From assembly GCF_964204865.1 (NCBI RefSeq), contig NC_135252.1:17732001-17796000 (forward strand): a stretch of 64,000 bases of DNA. Reading direction: 5' to 3'. Below the pieces are notes generated by a model that was not told the DNA's origin, did not search any database, and was given only the letters and a program-made list of their open reading frames with translations. Below are positions 46,857 to 60,305 of this stretch, piece by piece. Within the stretch, counting starts at the first letter, position 1, and each line of letters begins with the position of its first letter. A program made the position numbers and the translations under genes. The DNA comes from Styela clava (lineage: Eukaryota).

Positions 46857-48675
46857 CATAATTTTCATGTATATAATTGTTTTGAATGGTGACAAGACAT
46901 ACCTTACGTAAATATATATCACATAACTTTCGGAATGCTGAATATAACACTAGTCGTCAGCTGTAAATTTTTCGTGATGTCTTTCTATTACCCATCCTAA
47001 TATTTATGTAAGAATAACTATATATATATATCGAATATTCAACCATCCAGGTTTAGACAACTCGCAAAATATCCGCTGGAATGAGTGTAGTTTAGTTACC
47101 TTTGTAAAGTTCTGGTTTCGGCTCTGATTTTGAAATGCTGTTGACAAAAGCTTGCAGAATCATGTGGGCAGGTTTGCAAAATTTAAAAACCACGGGAACA
47201 GATGAAGGAAACTTTTTCAAACTTCATAGGTTGACCATTTGCATTTATCAACAGGTTTATTATAACCTCAATATGGTTGTATTCTATATATACGACTTGT
47301 AGACGATAAGATCATAATCAGATTATTTGTTGTAGAATAGCTTCAATTTTCTGCTTACATTCCGTTAAACTGTACGCCCCAGGGGATTATATTCAACAGT
47401 TTAACAATTAGTTAGAATCATGGTTTTCAGATAAAATGTTTAATTGCGGTTGCTTAAAGTCACCCAAGGTTTACATAATAAATCTGAAATAATATTTGAT
47501 TTTTATTGCCTAGCGTAGTATGTTGCCGTCTGGCAAAGTGATAAAGACGATGATGTTTCTTCTTATTTCACGCATTGAGTTAAATCGAGTACATTTCACC
47601 ATGGAGTTTGGATAGAAATCTCGCACAATAAAAAATACTTATCATCTATTACCAGCGGTTCCCAAAGGGTGCGGCGCATTAGTGCGTCTTGACGAGTGGG
47701 TAGGTGCGCCGCGAAAATTGACAAAATATTTTAGATAGTGTATTTATTATAAATGTTCTTTTGTTCCTTATTTTAAATGTTGCGTATATAAATCAATAAA
47801 TCCCTTTTTTACGCCGTTTACTTCCTGTTACGTAGTGTCTGCCTCTAATGTTACGTAACAATAGAACGATAAACTACTTTGTGCAATTTCGTGAGCTGCA
47901 GTTCATATATCTAAAGAACAGAGTTTAGCGAATATGGGTGATTTTTCCAGCATTTCGAAGAAAAATCGAGCAGAGATGAGGAAGAAGGGTTGAACAAAAG
48001 GTTTGGGAATCGTTGATCTATTACTTTTCAGGACGAAAAGGAACCGTAATTCCGCATGTGTTCGAGGGTGATAGTTTTTATTTTTTTTTCCAAGACACCA
48101 TTTGGTATTTGAACTAAACCAATCATGTGATATTGCCAACTAAAATTGCGATGTCTTGGGTATAACCAGATCACCAGTAGACAAAAATAATATAGGTTGA
48201 TATAAGACAAAGCAATAAGACAGTAAAACACAGCCTATCGTGAGACTTCAAAACGCTAGAATGAATAACAAGCACGCAGGCAGGTAAAAGCAAGTAGCTA
48301 TTGCTTGAATGCGATTTTGACATCATAATCGCAAAGTTCGTGGGGAAAACAGCAAGCTATGACGCAAATACATAACAGAAATTCGACAGAAATGTTAGAT
48401 TCGATGAAACACCGCTCCACGTTTTAAAATAGAAAATTTGGGGGAGTATGATTTAAAATTTGAATTGTAAGCGCAACCTGTATTCTTGGCACTAACTGAA
48501 TACACACTATTGTTTCAATATATATTATATATATATATGCGTCATTTATCGGACGAAATAAATTTTTAAAAATGATGTCGTTATATTTCTTAAATCAAAA
48601 TGTTTTTGCTTTTATCGGAAGTTTTCAGGAGCGTATCGTTTTATCTAGTTTTATAAACGAAATAGCACATACAAT

Positions 48676-51600
48676 ATGAAGGTGATCGTGGCAGGGTTCA
48701 TCAAGACCGGAACCAAAACAATGGCCGCTGTTCTTGATATTCTCGGATATTCGGTTTACGATCTGGAACATCATTTCTATTATCTGGAAAAAGATTGGCA
48801 GAAGGTAGGCATCGATATATTAAACCACGAAAAGGTGAAAGGGGAGGTTGCATAACTTCGATTGAAAATATATAAGCACAACATCCTCTTAATATAAATA
48901 TCCCGTTTATGATGATATTCATGACGCCATTAATAATGCTTTATTTGTGTTGCTTGATGTCGCTGCTGAGCTCTTTCTCCTTTGCTGGAATACATGCTAC
49001 CTAGTGCTTAGGTTTATGATTTGTATATTTGTATTTGTATTCGTGTGTTCACAGTTGAACTTCCGCACAAACTATATCTCTAACTTTTTTACTTCATATA
49101 ATAAAAATAACAATCCAAAAAATACATTGTGATTGTATTGGCCTGGCGACTAACTGACTTTTTTAGCCATCTCGATATTGGATATACACGCATTAATGTT
49201 ATAGCCTACGCCATGTTGTCAATACATCAAAAAACCAACAAAAATGTTGTCCGTTTTTTGACTCGTGAGGTAGCAGTGTTCTTCCAAATAACCGCTTCAA
49301 TTATATTAGATCTTGAAAGAAGGCGGAACAAAGGAAGATTTCCACCGAATGTACAAAGATGTTGATGTTGGAGTCGATGTCCCGTTCGTAATATTTTGGG
49401 AAGAAATATTGGAAGCGTTCCCGGATGCTAAGGTTACCTTCAATAGCTTGGATATTGTGTTTTCTATTTATAAGATAATGGGTCCTTCAAGTATGTGAAC
49501 CAGGATGGGGGTTAGGCCATAAATATATTCCAATTATCCTTAGTTCTATTACGAGTTCGGGGACTAGCCAAGTGACTCCCGTAGTATCTGTACCTGGAAT
49601 TATGGCCTAACTCTAACCTGGTACACATACTACGTTCCGGTGTCCGCCATCTTGGTTCACATACTTCGGGAGCGCCAGATAATGAAACTTCTGCAAACAA
49701 GCAAAGAGGGAGATGTTTTATTTCTGAAACATTTCTTCTATCTTTTTTATCATAATGAAGTGGGATTGTAGTGAATACGGTGTCCGTGCTTTTTCACTGA
49801 TTGATTTTTTAATCTATTTGGACTGATTACACATCTGATTTTACATCTCCTTGATAACGGTGATAACGCTTTTCAAGATAATATTTCTTCAACGAACGAG
49901 CGAAGATGTCTGGCAGAAGAGTGTCGAAAATCAAGTAAAAATGTTCAACAAAAATTGGTTGTTCAGATCTCTCTCTGTTCTATCCTACACAGGATACAAA
50001 TTCTTTGCTCATGTAGGCCTCGTCAGTGAGTATGTTACTGTCTTGCGCAGGGGTGTGCAACCTTTATTACAGGAGGGCCAGATACAAGTAACTGGGTGAA
50101 GCCGCGGAACGCGGGCACATTTATTTAAGATAGCGTTTCCCGTAGTTGCCGGCACAAAAAATTGTTACTTTTTGTTATTGAGCTTACGGCATTGTTACGA
50201 GTCCTTACAAAAATGGTGAGTTAAAACGCATACATTTCTAAAGAAAACTGCTTTTCAAATTTATTGTCACACTGACTTTGAGAAACAAGTCTTTATAACA
50301 TTGCGTATTTTGCTAGCTAGTTTTGCTCATATGACAGTGGCGCTTAGGTACCGGTATAGGCTTTACGATGCAAATTGGAATCGCTCGCATATACCACGTT
50401 AAAGAAATTAAAAACTCGTTTCGCGGACACACCATTCAAAATTGTCACTTCTCTGCTAGTACAATTTCTCCGCACAATTTTTCTTTGTGGGCGCATTTGG
50501 CCCGCGGGCCGCAGTTTGCACATCCCTGGTCTTGTGCTTTAAAGACGATCAATATACATTGGAATCAAAACATTGGAATCAAATGTTCCCATAAAACCAT
50601 AAACTTCTTCCAATCATCATACAACCACCTTGTAATTTTTAAACATAAAAATTCAATAAGTCACAAAAATGAGTATGAGATCGATACCAAGGTGGCACCA
50701 AAAATGTGTTCAAAAATAACAACTTTATTGCTCATGTCATCAAATAAGCCGGACAAATGGCATTTTAAACCGCACTGACAAAGTGAAAGGCTATTTATAT
50801 TTTTTGTACAATTATTGAAACAGATATCAGATACCATGTTTTTTTAGTTACATATGTTGTTTTCTAAACTTCATATTCTATATTTCCGAGATCGCATAAT
50901 GTTCGGCAACCATACTTTCTTTCCCTGGAATGTTTTCAATGGAATCAGCAGCACTGTTACCAAAAAAAGATACCGTGATCACTGCAGTTCAGTTTTGGAG
51001 GTGGGTTATATATTAGTATTAGCTTATTGACACACAATGGACCTATAGATCGTTTTGCAAGAAGTTTGCTCTTGTCATGTCTGGGGTTTTATTGTGAATA
51101 AAAACGCTTTTCGCCGCAACCAAGGAAATAATTAATTTCAAATTTTCGGTAACTAAAGAAGTAGCTAGAGGAATGTCATTCATATGTTTTTCATACCACT
51201 CTGATTGATACGGAGCTTGATATTTTGAATCACGTTTGAGATTTTGAGGGCATTGCGCGACCTACTGGCATTCCATTACGCTTGTCCGCCGACGACCTTT
51301 TGAGAAAACTCAGTGCTAAGGCGTTGCGGACTTACTGATGTTTAGAGAAATAGATGGATTTCATTTCGAATGCGACGTTTTATGCCCGCAAGCCTTATTA
51401 GTCAGTAAAGGGCGATATTCTTATTTAAGCACACGATAGCAATAATGCACAATGGGAAACACGAATAAGGCCGAAAATTTAAGAGAAGACACGTAATTAA
51501 TTTCGTCTCATATTATATTACCAATGCGCCTAACTTCGGACTCTTACTAATTACAAATAAAAAAATTTTAACTTATAGTTCTTACTGAATTTCGACTTAT

Positions 51601-52204
51601 GTTACCAATTTCATTTTCTATATAGCAAATTCCAGAATATTTAGTGCCGGATAAATATGGCCGACAAATGGATATCGTTGTAAACAGGATATTTTGTTCC
51701 GATGTTTGACACCTTCATGGCAGTCATGTTGGCCATATGTTTGTTTGATCATTGCTATATTGTTTATCAAATTATAACTGTCTTTACAATTATTCGCAAC
51801 TTGTAGCGTGGACGCGTTGGTGATCATACATTACAATCATACCACGATACCGGATGTGGCTCTATTTATTATTGCTCTTCAGATCAATAAAACAGTGTTC
51901 CAAATACACAAGCAAAATCATAAAATAATTATGTTCTATGTGCTAACATGTTTAGCGAGCTCCGAAAGATCGTTTACTTATCTGCGATCTGCGAAAAGGT
52001 TGGGAACCACTCTGTGAATTTTTGGGCAAAGACGTTCCAGATACACCTTTTCCACACGAGAACGAAAGAGGAAAGTTGGCAGAAACATGGATGAAGCGAA
52101 GTCCGATTTTTAAGAAGATGCAAAATGAAATGATGATTAGTTTAAGTGCAATTGGACTGATATTATGCTACTTAGTCTACTTATTGTTTGTTGGCTTGTT
52201 TTAG
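48676..52204 (+). CDS. P-loop sulfotransferase-like protein with C-terminal TM helix, copy D (252 aa)
   Basis: Exons 48676-48804 (MKVIVAGFIKTGTKTM), 49310-49432, 49878-50025, 50891-51000 and 51956-52204. Same exon sizes as copies A and B. Confidence 0.9.
49481..49676. mobile_element. Palindromic GG-ended MITE, internally deleted copy
   Basis: Perfect 8-bp TSD AGATAATG; reverse orientation relative to 54987. Confidence 0.82.
50048..50528. mobile_element. hAT-type MITE
   Basis: TIR CAGGGGTGTGCAA...TTGCACATCCCTG; TSD GTCTTGCG/GTCTTGTG. Confidence 0.8.
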
Positions 52205-53392
52205 TGTATAAGTATATCCATATTGTCTATTATTCATACTCCGTAGGATGACTTTATCTACTAATTTACTTATGTTGTGCGATGTCTAGATGTTACAAGA
52301 TGGCAAATTCCTTATAATAGCCGACTAGTTTATGATTGTTGACCATATATGAAAGCAATACAAGGATTCCACCTAAATATTCGCTCCAATCTTAAAGCTA
52401 TATTAGGATTTAAATCAGTGTTTGACACAAAATAATATAAATTTTATTTTATAGGATTTTGATACTAACTGCCTTTGTTATTAACTTGTTTATATATTTC
52501 AGTTGTTAGTGATGTTTAATTATACTTTTTATTGATGAAAAAGATTTTTGCAAAATTAGCGCGAAGTGTGATGAAATTTCATCGATTTGATCAATCACTT
52601 TCCACACGCCGTCACTTCGGAGCGCTATTGAGCGTGTACTATTTGCCTTGCGTTGGTAGAGACAAACGACTGGCAACTCGCCTATCTTTAACATGTCTTG
52701 TCTTCGAAATTTTATTGATTTATGAATACATATATTCTAGACTAGAGTATATAACATAATCATATTTTTGGGCAAAAGTTGTCCAGGGAACTTTCTGTTT
52801 CAATGTGATGAAAATATAATCTTAATAAGTTCTTAAGTAGACTGACCTCAATATCTTTTAAAGATTATACATACGCCTGCTACGACGGCCACAATGATAG
52901 CTTTTTTGACGTCGCAGCGTCACATTCATTCTTCGAGTCTCGCCCAGCCAATGCCAGCCCACGGCTTAATCATATGGCGAACCACAGTCTCTCGTCCGGT
53001 TACCATTCCATGCCAGGCATGGGATTAGTTAGCCAGGTGTTTGTTCCAGATGCATGGATTTGATGGTGGAGGAAGTACCAGCGGTGTTTATCGTAGATTC
53101 CATTTTCAGAAGCATCCAATACATAACCATATCAGAAAATGATTTAAATGTTTCTCGAATTCATCTTTGACGCAAAATAGACTTGTAGTGATTAATCGTG
53201 CAATTAGCACAGTCGTTTTTCGAAACTATTTTTTAAATCCAATAACCACCCGTCTCTATGAAGAATCATATTACACGCTAAAGTGATAGTAGCAATGAAC
53301 CAATTGTCTTGCCAAAATTGACATGGCGTAGGTGAACAAGATCATGCGATCGGCAATAAAAATAACGTACAAATGTAGTCCACTGTATAGAT

Positions 53393-53924
53393 CAGTGGTC
53401 TCAACCTTTTTTGGTGCCAGATCCAAATTTCAACCCTCAAAGTCGTCAGGAGCCGCACAAAAAACAACGAAAATTTGAATAGCAACAAAACAAAACTCAA
53501 GTATTTATTTTAAAATAACAACTTCAACAAAACTGGGAGTGAAAACCAATTTAACGCCAAACTTAACATTAGCTTTGACTTTTAATTCCGAAGTCTGAAA
53601 TAGCGAGACGCAATCGTGATGAGTGTATACTTCAGGAATATATATAACAATAGCTAGATAGCTTCATGTTTTCATCATGATATCTATTTCAATTTGAAAA
53701 TATTTCTCTTTCCAAACACATTAAAACGCCCGAGAGATCGACCTAACAGCTACGATGACATCAATGTTAACTACTGCACTATAGTCTTTCAATTTCGAGA
53801 CATTGAATAATTTTCGATGAAAAATTTTCATGGAAACTGAATAATTTTTTAAGGACAATGAGAGCCGTAAGAAGAAGGATTGATAGTCGCATGCGGCTCT
53901 AAGAACCGCGTTTGAGAATCACTT
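53393..53924. mobile_element. hAT-type MITE
   Basis: CAGTGGTCTCAA...TTGAGAATCACTT; TSD GTATAGAT/GTATATAT. Confidence 0.65.
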
Positions 53925-54986
53925 GTATATATACTTTATATTGTTGGGAAAAGCAGTGAAATGTTTAATCCATCTTGATAAGGTTAACCACACTAACTAC
54001 AAATAAACAAACTTTAGTATTGGTATATAGGATATATATTATATCTATAGGTAAAAGAAATTCAGATCGGATTAGGTTTCCCTAAGTTGCTGAGAAAGGC
54101 ATTTTCTACAGAAGAAGCTAGTTTCAAATCGTTGAAACGTTTCATGCTGTAAGTGTAAAATGAAAACAATCGAATGTTCCAAACTTATGCTATGTTTACT
54201 GTCAAAACAAGGGTAATCTTACTTGATACACGTTGAGAGGATATTGAATACAATAAAACAGTATCAAAATTCAAGTTTTTGAACGTATTTCTTTATACTT
54301 TTGACTGCGTGAAGTTCTGTCTATAGGCCTCTCCAATGGTTACATAACATAGTTTAATAAGGTAACAGGAAATATTATTTTCCTTGTTTAATGATTTAAC
54401 CACACAAGATGCAAGCTCATTTCTGTTGAAGCATGTTGTGCCGAGAAGGTTCAATTAGAGTTGAAATTAAACCAAAAAAGAATATAAAAGCGACTGTGTA
54501 TTGTAGACACATATTAAAAGAAGTTGTTTCAGGCAAAGAGATATCTTTTTGACGATAAGTTTCAACAAATGTCAAACATCGCTATGAATGTCTACACTGG
54601 AAACGGTATCCGCAGGCACAGGCTGGAAGTATTGGAAAGAAAAACGCCAACGATCGATAGACAAATGAAAATTCTCATCCTGGAAGACAAAACACCACTC
54701 GGCAATAAAAAAACTGAATGGAATCTCCTGAGTCGTCGTATTGCGCATGTTATGAAACGGGAATCCGACTTGCAGAGGTGTAGTCCTTCAACAAACGATA
54801 GTGCTGATGTGGGTTCTAAACAACGGCCCGGCATCAAATGTACGATAATGTAACTTGCATACCTTCAATTGTATATCAAAATTTCTTAATCTGCTTTTAT
54901 TGTTGCCTTGCTACATATTGTGTGATTTTATTGATGTTCCTTCAAGTATGCTACGCACATAACTGACAATTTTAAGCAAAAATATC

Positions 54987-55222
54987 GGTACTCCCGAAGC
55001 ATGTGAACCAAGATGGCGGACACCGGAACGTAGTATGTGTACCAGGTTAGGGTTGGGACATAATTACAGGTACAAATACTACGGGAGTCACTTGGCTCGT
55101 CCCCGAACTTGTAATAGAACTAAAATAAGGGAAATTGAAACAAAATTATGGCCTAATCCCAACCTGGTACACATTCTACATTCCGGTGTCCGCCATCTTG
55201 GTTCACATACTTCGGGAGTACC
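54987..55222. mobile_element. Palindromic GG-ended MITE (best preserved copy)
   Basis: Near-perfect ~85-bp TIRs; perfect 8-bp TSD AAAATATC. Shorter relatives at 19561-19670, 57426-57634 and 58335-58447. Confidence 0.88.
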
Positions 55223-58200
55223 AAAATATCACAGTAGTAATTTTATATTTGTTTGTGCACTAAATAGTTCTTTTCAACTCGAGGCAGTATTTTGAGTCAC
55301 GAACATGCTGGGAGAAGTATTAAAACAAAAGTGTGTACTGCAAATTGCCGTATACTCCGTAAATGGTTTGTATGAAACAATTCAAATTGAAGCGTCGAAG
55401 AAAGTTTGTGATTGATATAACATTTTTTGCTTTTTCGAAGATGAATGAATTCATAAAAATATGTTGGATGATGATAAATGTGAATGCGTTTTTATACCAC
55501 GAATGTTCCTTTCGTATCAAATCATTTTATCGGTGGAAGTGAGATTATTCAAAATTTTCGTTGTCACTATGAAATAAATGTTTGTGGAAAGTCAAGTTTT
55601 ATTTTATTTTCATTCAGTGGGTATCGACGTAGAAAAGGCAGATTGAACCCCACTTCGTTTTTTCTATGTAATTGTCTATTTATAAGATCTCAAATCAAGA
55701 CTGCTCGTAAGCTGGAGCCCAAAGTCGAAATGTTGACCTAAAATATTTCGAGGTGGTGTTTAAAAGCAAAGTATTGATATTACGGCTTTTTTAGTAAATC
55801 GTTGAATTGTGGCGATTCCCACCGCATAATGTGAAAGCTTTGGCTTGTCAACGGATATCCATGCTGACGTTTATTACTAGCACTCGCTTTATGTAAATCC
55901 ACCCAGATCTTCCGCAATAGTGATAACCTAGATCCCCTCCGACCTCAGTCAGATTTTTTTTCTGGTTTCCGTGGATATTTAAACCGATGAATGGGTAAAG
56001 AATTCGCCATTTTCAACTAGAGTTGAAGTCAAAATTTTGTTCAACAAACGGTCGTCTACGATCTTGCAATAAATATTCCAGCGTTTCTCAAACTTTTTGT
56101 TCGTGTGGCGCCAAATTATCAGGGAAAAAACCCGCGCCGCCTTTACACGAAAAAAATTGCTGCTCTTGAATAAAACTATTTTCTGATCGATAAGGTGTAC
56201 TTTGAGCTTTTTGAACGTAGACCTAATGGCGAAAGGTCAACTCTTCGTCATCTCTGCCTGCTTTTTCCTCGAAATACTAAAAAGAATCACTCATGTTCGC
56301 TAAACTCGGTTCAGCAGTTAACAAACTGCATCTCGCGAAATTGTAAGTAAGTAATGTGTAACCCTACTGTTACATGTCCGTTACGTAACAATAGATCAGT
56401 AACAGAAAGTAAACAACATAGAAAGGTTAACTGAATTTATTGATTTATATACACAGCATCCAAAATAAGAAACAATAAAACACTGTACAAAAATACAGTA
56501 AGTCAAATATTCAATCATATATTACTTAGGTCCATCTCTTTGTTTTATGTACAAAATATAGCGCCGTCGACATTTTTCGCCGCGAAAGTGTTTATTGCTT
56601 TATTAAAATACTGACTCTACAAATCAAGCCCAGACATAAAATTATGAAAATAAGGAGGACTCATTTGTTAAATCCATAAATTGCCACCAATTAATATTCA
56701 AAATACTATAAATTTACAATTGCAACTGTAAATTGAATACAGAGACGTGAGTCGCATAAATGCAAATGCCTATGGTTCTGTCACGGTCTTTGACGTGAAC
56801 TTTGTTTATACGTTTTAAGTTGATACTCATAAATTGTAGTTTTATTAAGGATTTATTCTCTGCGTGGTTGTAGAGGAAGCTGTTACTCAAGAGCGCTCCA
56901 TACCCACAAAGAGTCCGGTAAGGGCAATCAAATAACACTGTTCCCTTTTCCATGATTGGATAAATCAGGATTAGGTGTTGTCGGCTGTCGCATCTTGAAA
57001 TTTGTCTTTTTATCAGGCCAAATTATTTGGGTAGTCGGTTCAATTAAGTTACGAAAATTTTACACCTCCTTATACCTGGCTGTAACTATTATCGAAATAC
57101 TGATAGTTCAAGTGTCCGTTATTTCTCATAATACCACACATTGGTGTTGCCATTATTCATAAATCTAACTAGTCGTTAAAAACACAAATTTTTTATATAT
57201 ATATTTCATCTCTTCAAGATATAGTAACCGATAAAATGAACTGAAAAAGAGCGATTATAGGTCGACTGTATGGAGTTTTGGTATATCGAGTTTTAAGTGC
57301 CAATTCCATAGTCATATTGCTAAATTAAATGGATCCCAATAAGGGCCTCAAAAATAAAGAAAAATGCTCAAATTTTTGAGAGGTGAAATTTTCCTTTCAT
57401 TTTGTTACATCACAATTTTTTAGAAGGCGCTCCAGAAGTGTGTGTACCAATATGTAGGTAATTTTATTAGCCTACTTTACATCAAGTCGTGTAAAGGACC
57501 TGAAATCTATGGGCAGGGGGTATATTCACTTGGCTAACACAGACAGTCCCCGAGCTCGTGATATAATTAAAATAAAGAAATCGGAATAAAATTATGGCCT
57601 GACACTAACATGGTACACACTCTACGGGAGTATCTTTTAGAATATGAGGGAATATTGATCATTCTAGATATTGATAAAGTTGACAAAGCTGAATTGTATA
57701 TATAACTATTAAATACAACCACTAGCCGGCGTAGTCGTGAAATGGGACATTATGGGTAAAAAGTACAAATATGGGGCTCTCGCCCGGTAACTTTACTTTA
57801 AACGGCGACTGTCACAATCAACTTGGAGGGAGTTGACTTCGATGACCGAATGGTCGTATCGCTCCCTCCAGTCTGTATCGAAAAAAATGTTTTTGTGAAG
57901 CCTCATTTTTCGTTATTGGACACGTAGTGGACATAACGATCGTTTCAATATAATGTTGTTGTTCTTGTTGTTGTTCTTTGACACTTTTTGGACACCTAGT
58001 GGAAAATCTAAGTCGCTTTTTTCTTTGATTACTGGACCAGTAGTTGAAGATTGAATTTTTTTCTAGTTGTTATGACTGTTTTTTCTGGTTGACGAAATAA
58101 ATCTTTCTCTCTCTCATAGCTAGTTATGTGAACGAACGAACGAACAGCTTGAAAATTAACGTATCGCACAACTGAGGACTAATGAGTGTTGGGACATCTT

Positions 58201-58678
58201 CAAATATAGATTAGTTGTATCTATTTAATAATCGGAACGCCTCATCATTCTATGGCCCCCTTGTTTATATGCGTTCAGGTACCTAACAAAAAGTTCAAGA
58301 ATATGTTACAATATATTTATTAATAAAATAAAACGGGCCTCCGGAAGTATGCGCACCAAGTTAGCGCACAACCTGAACTCAGGTTGTGTACCAGGGCAGG
58401 GTTCAGGTTATGCGACATCTTGGATGCATGCATACTTCAGGAGTACCAAAATTAACAATATATCTTTTAAATTAAACTGATGTATCTTTGTAGAATAGTT
58501 TGTAGAATAAAACTGCTCAAAGTCAGAGCGAATAACATGGTAAAAATGTGAGTCAAATAGTTTGTATAATTAGAGGAAAAGCAATTTCAAAGGTTGTATT
58601 GTTTTGCATTTGTATTGGCCAAAATAGAATGATGCCGAAATGAAATTTAGTTAGAACATTACTAGTAGAATATATCAT

Positions 58679-60108
<1,430 letters not shown>

Positions 60109-60186
60109 TCAGGTACAAGGAAGAGAAGGTAGCAACTGTTTAGATGTACTTGAGCTGGAATGATTATTACCATCTCCTTACCCGAG

Positions 60187-60305
60187 TTATATACGGATAA
60201 TACAATAGAAAGTGCGAATGCAGTTGTCGACACTCTAGCACTTACCGTTCGATTGTACTCAATATTCGCTCCTTATTTGGTGCGAGATTGTATTCGAAAC
60301 AACTG
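60187..60305 (-). promoter_or_regulatory. Proximal muscle actin promoter
   Basis: TATATAA (minus) at 60187-60193; E-boxes CAGTTG/CAACTG at 60221-60226 and 60300-60305; CArG box CCTTATTTGG at 60271-60280; minus-strand GTGTCGACAACTG and TTCGCACTTTC at ~60208-60233. Confidence 0.75.

Noticed and set aside
54524-54853. 109-aa ORF as a gene or LINE reverse transcriptase fragment
   Set aside because: No ATG start, no diagnostic motif and no supporting exons; it may be a decayed retroelement but I cannot support that.
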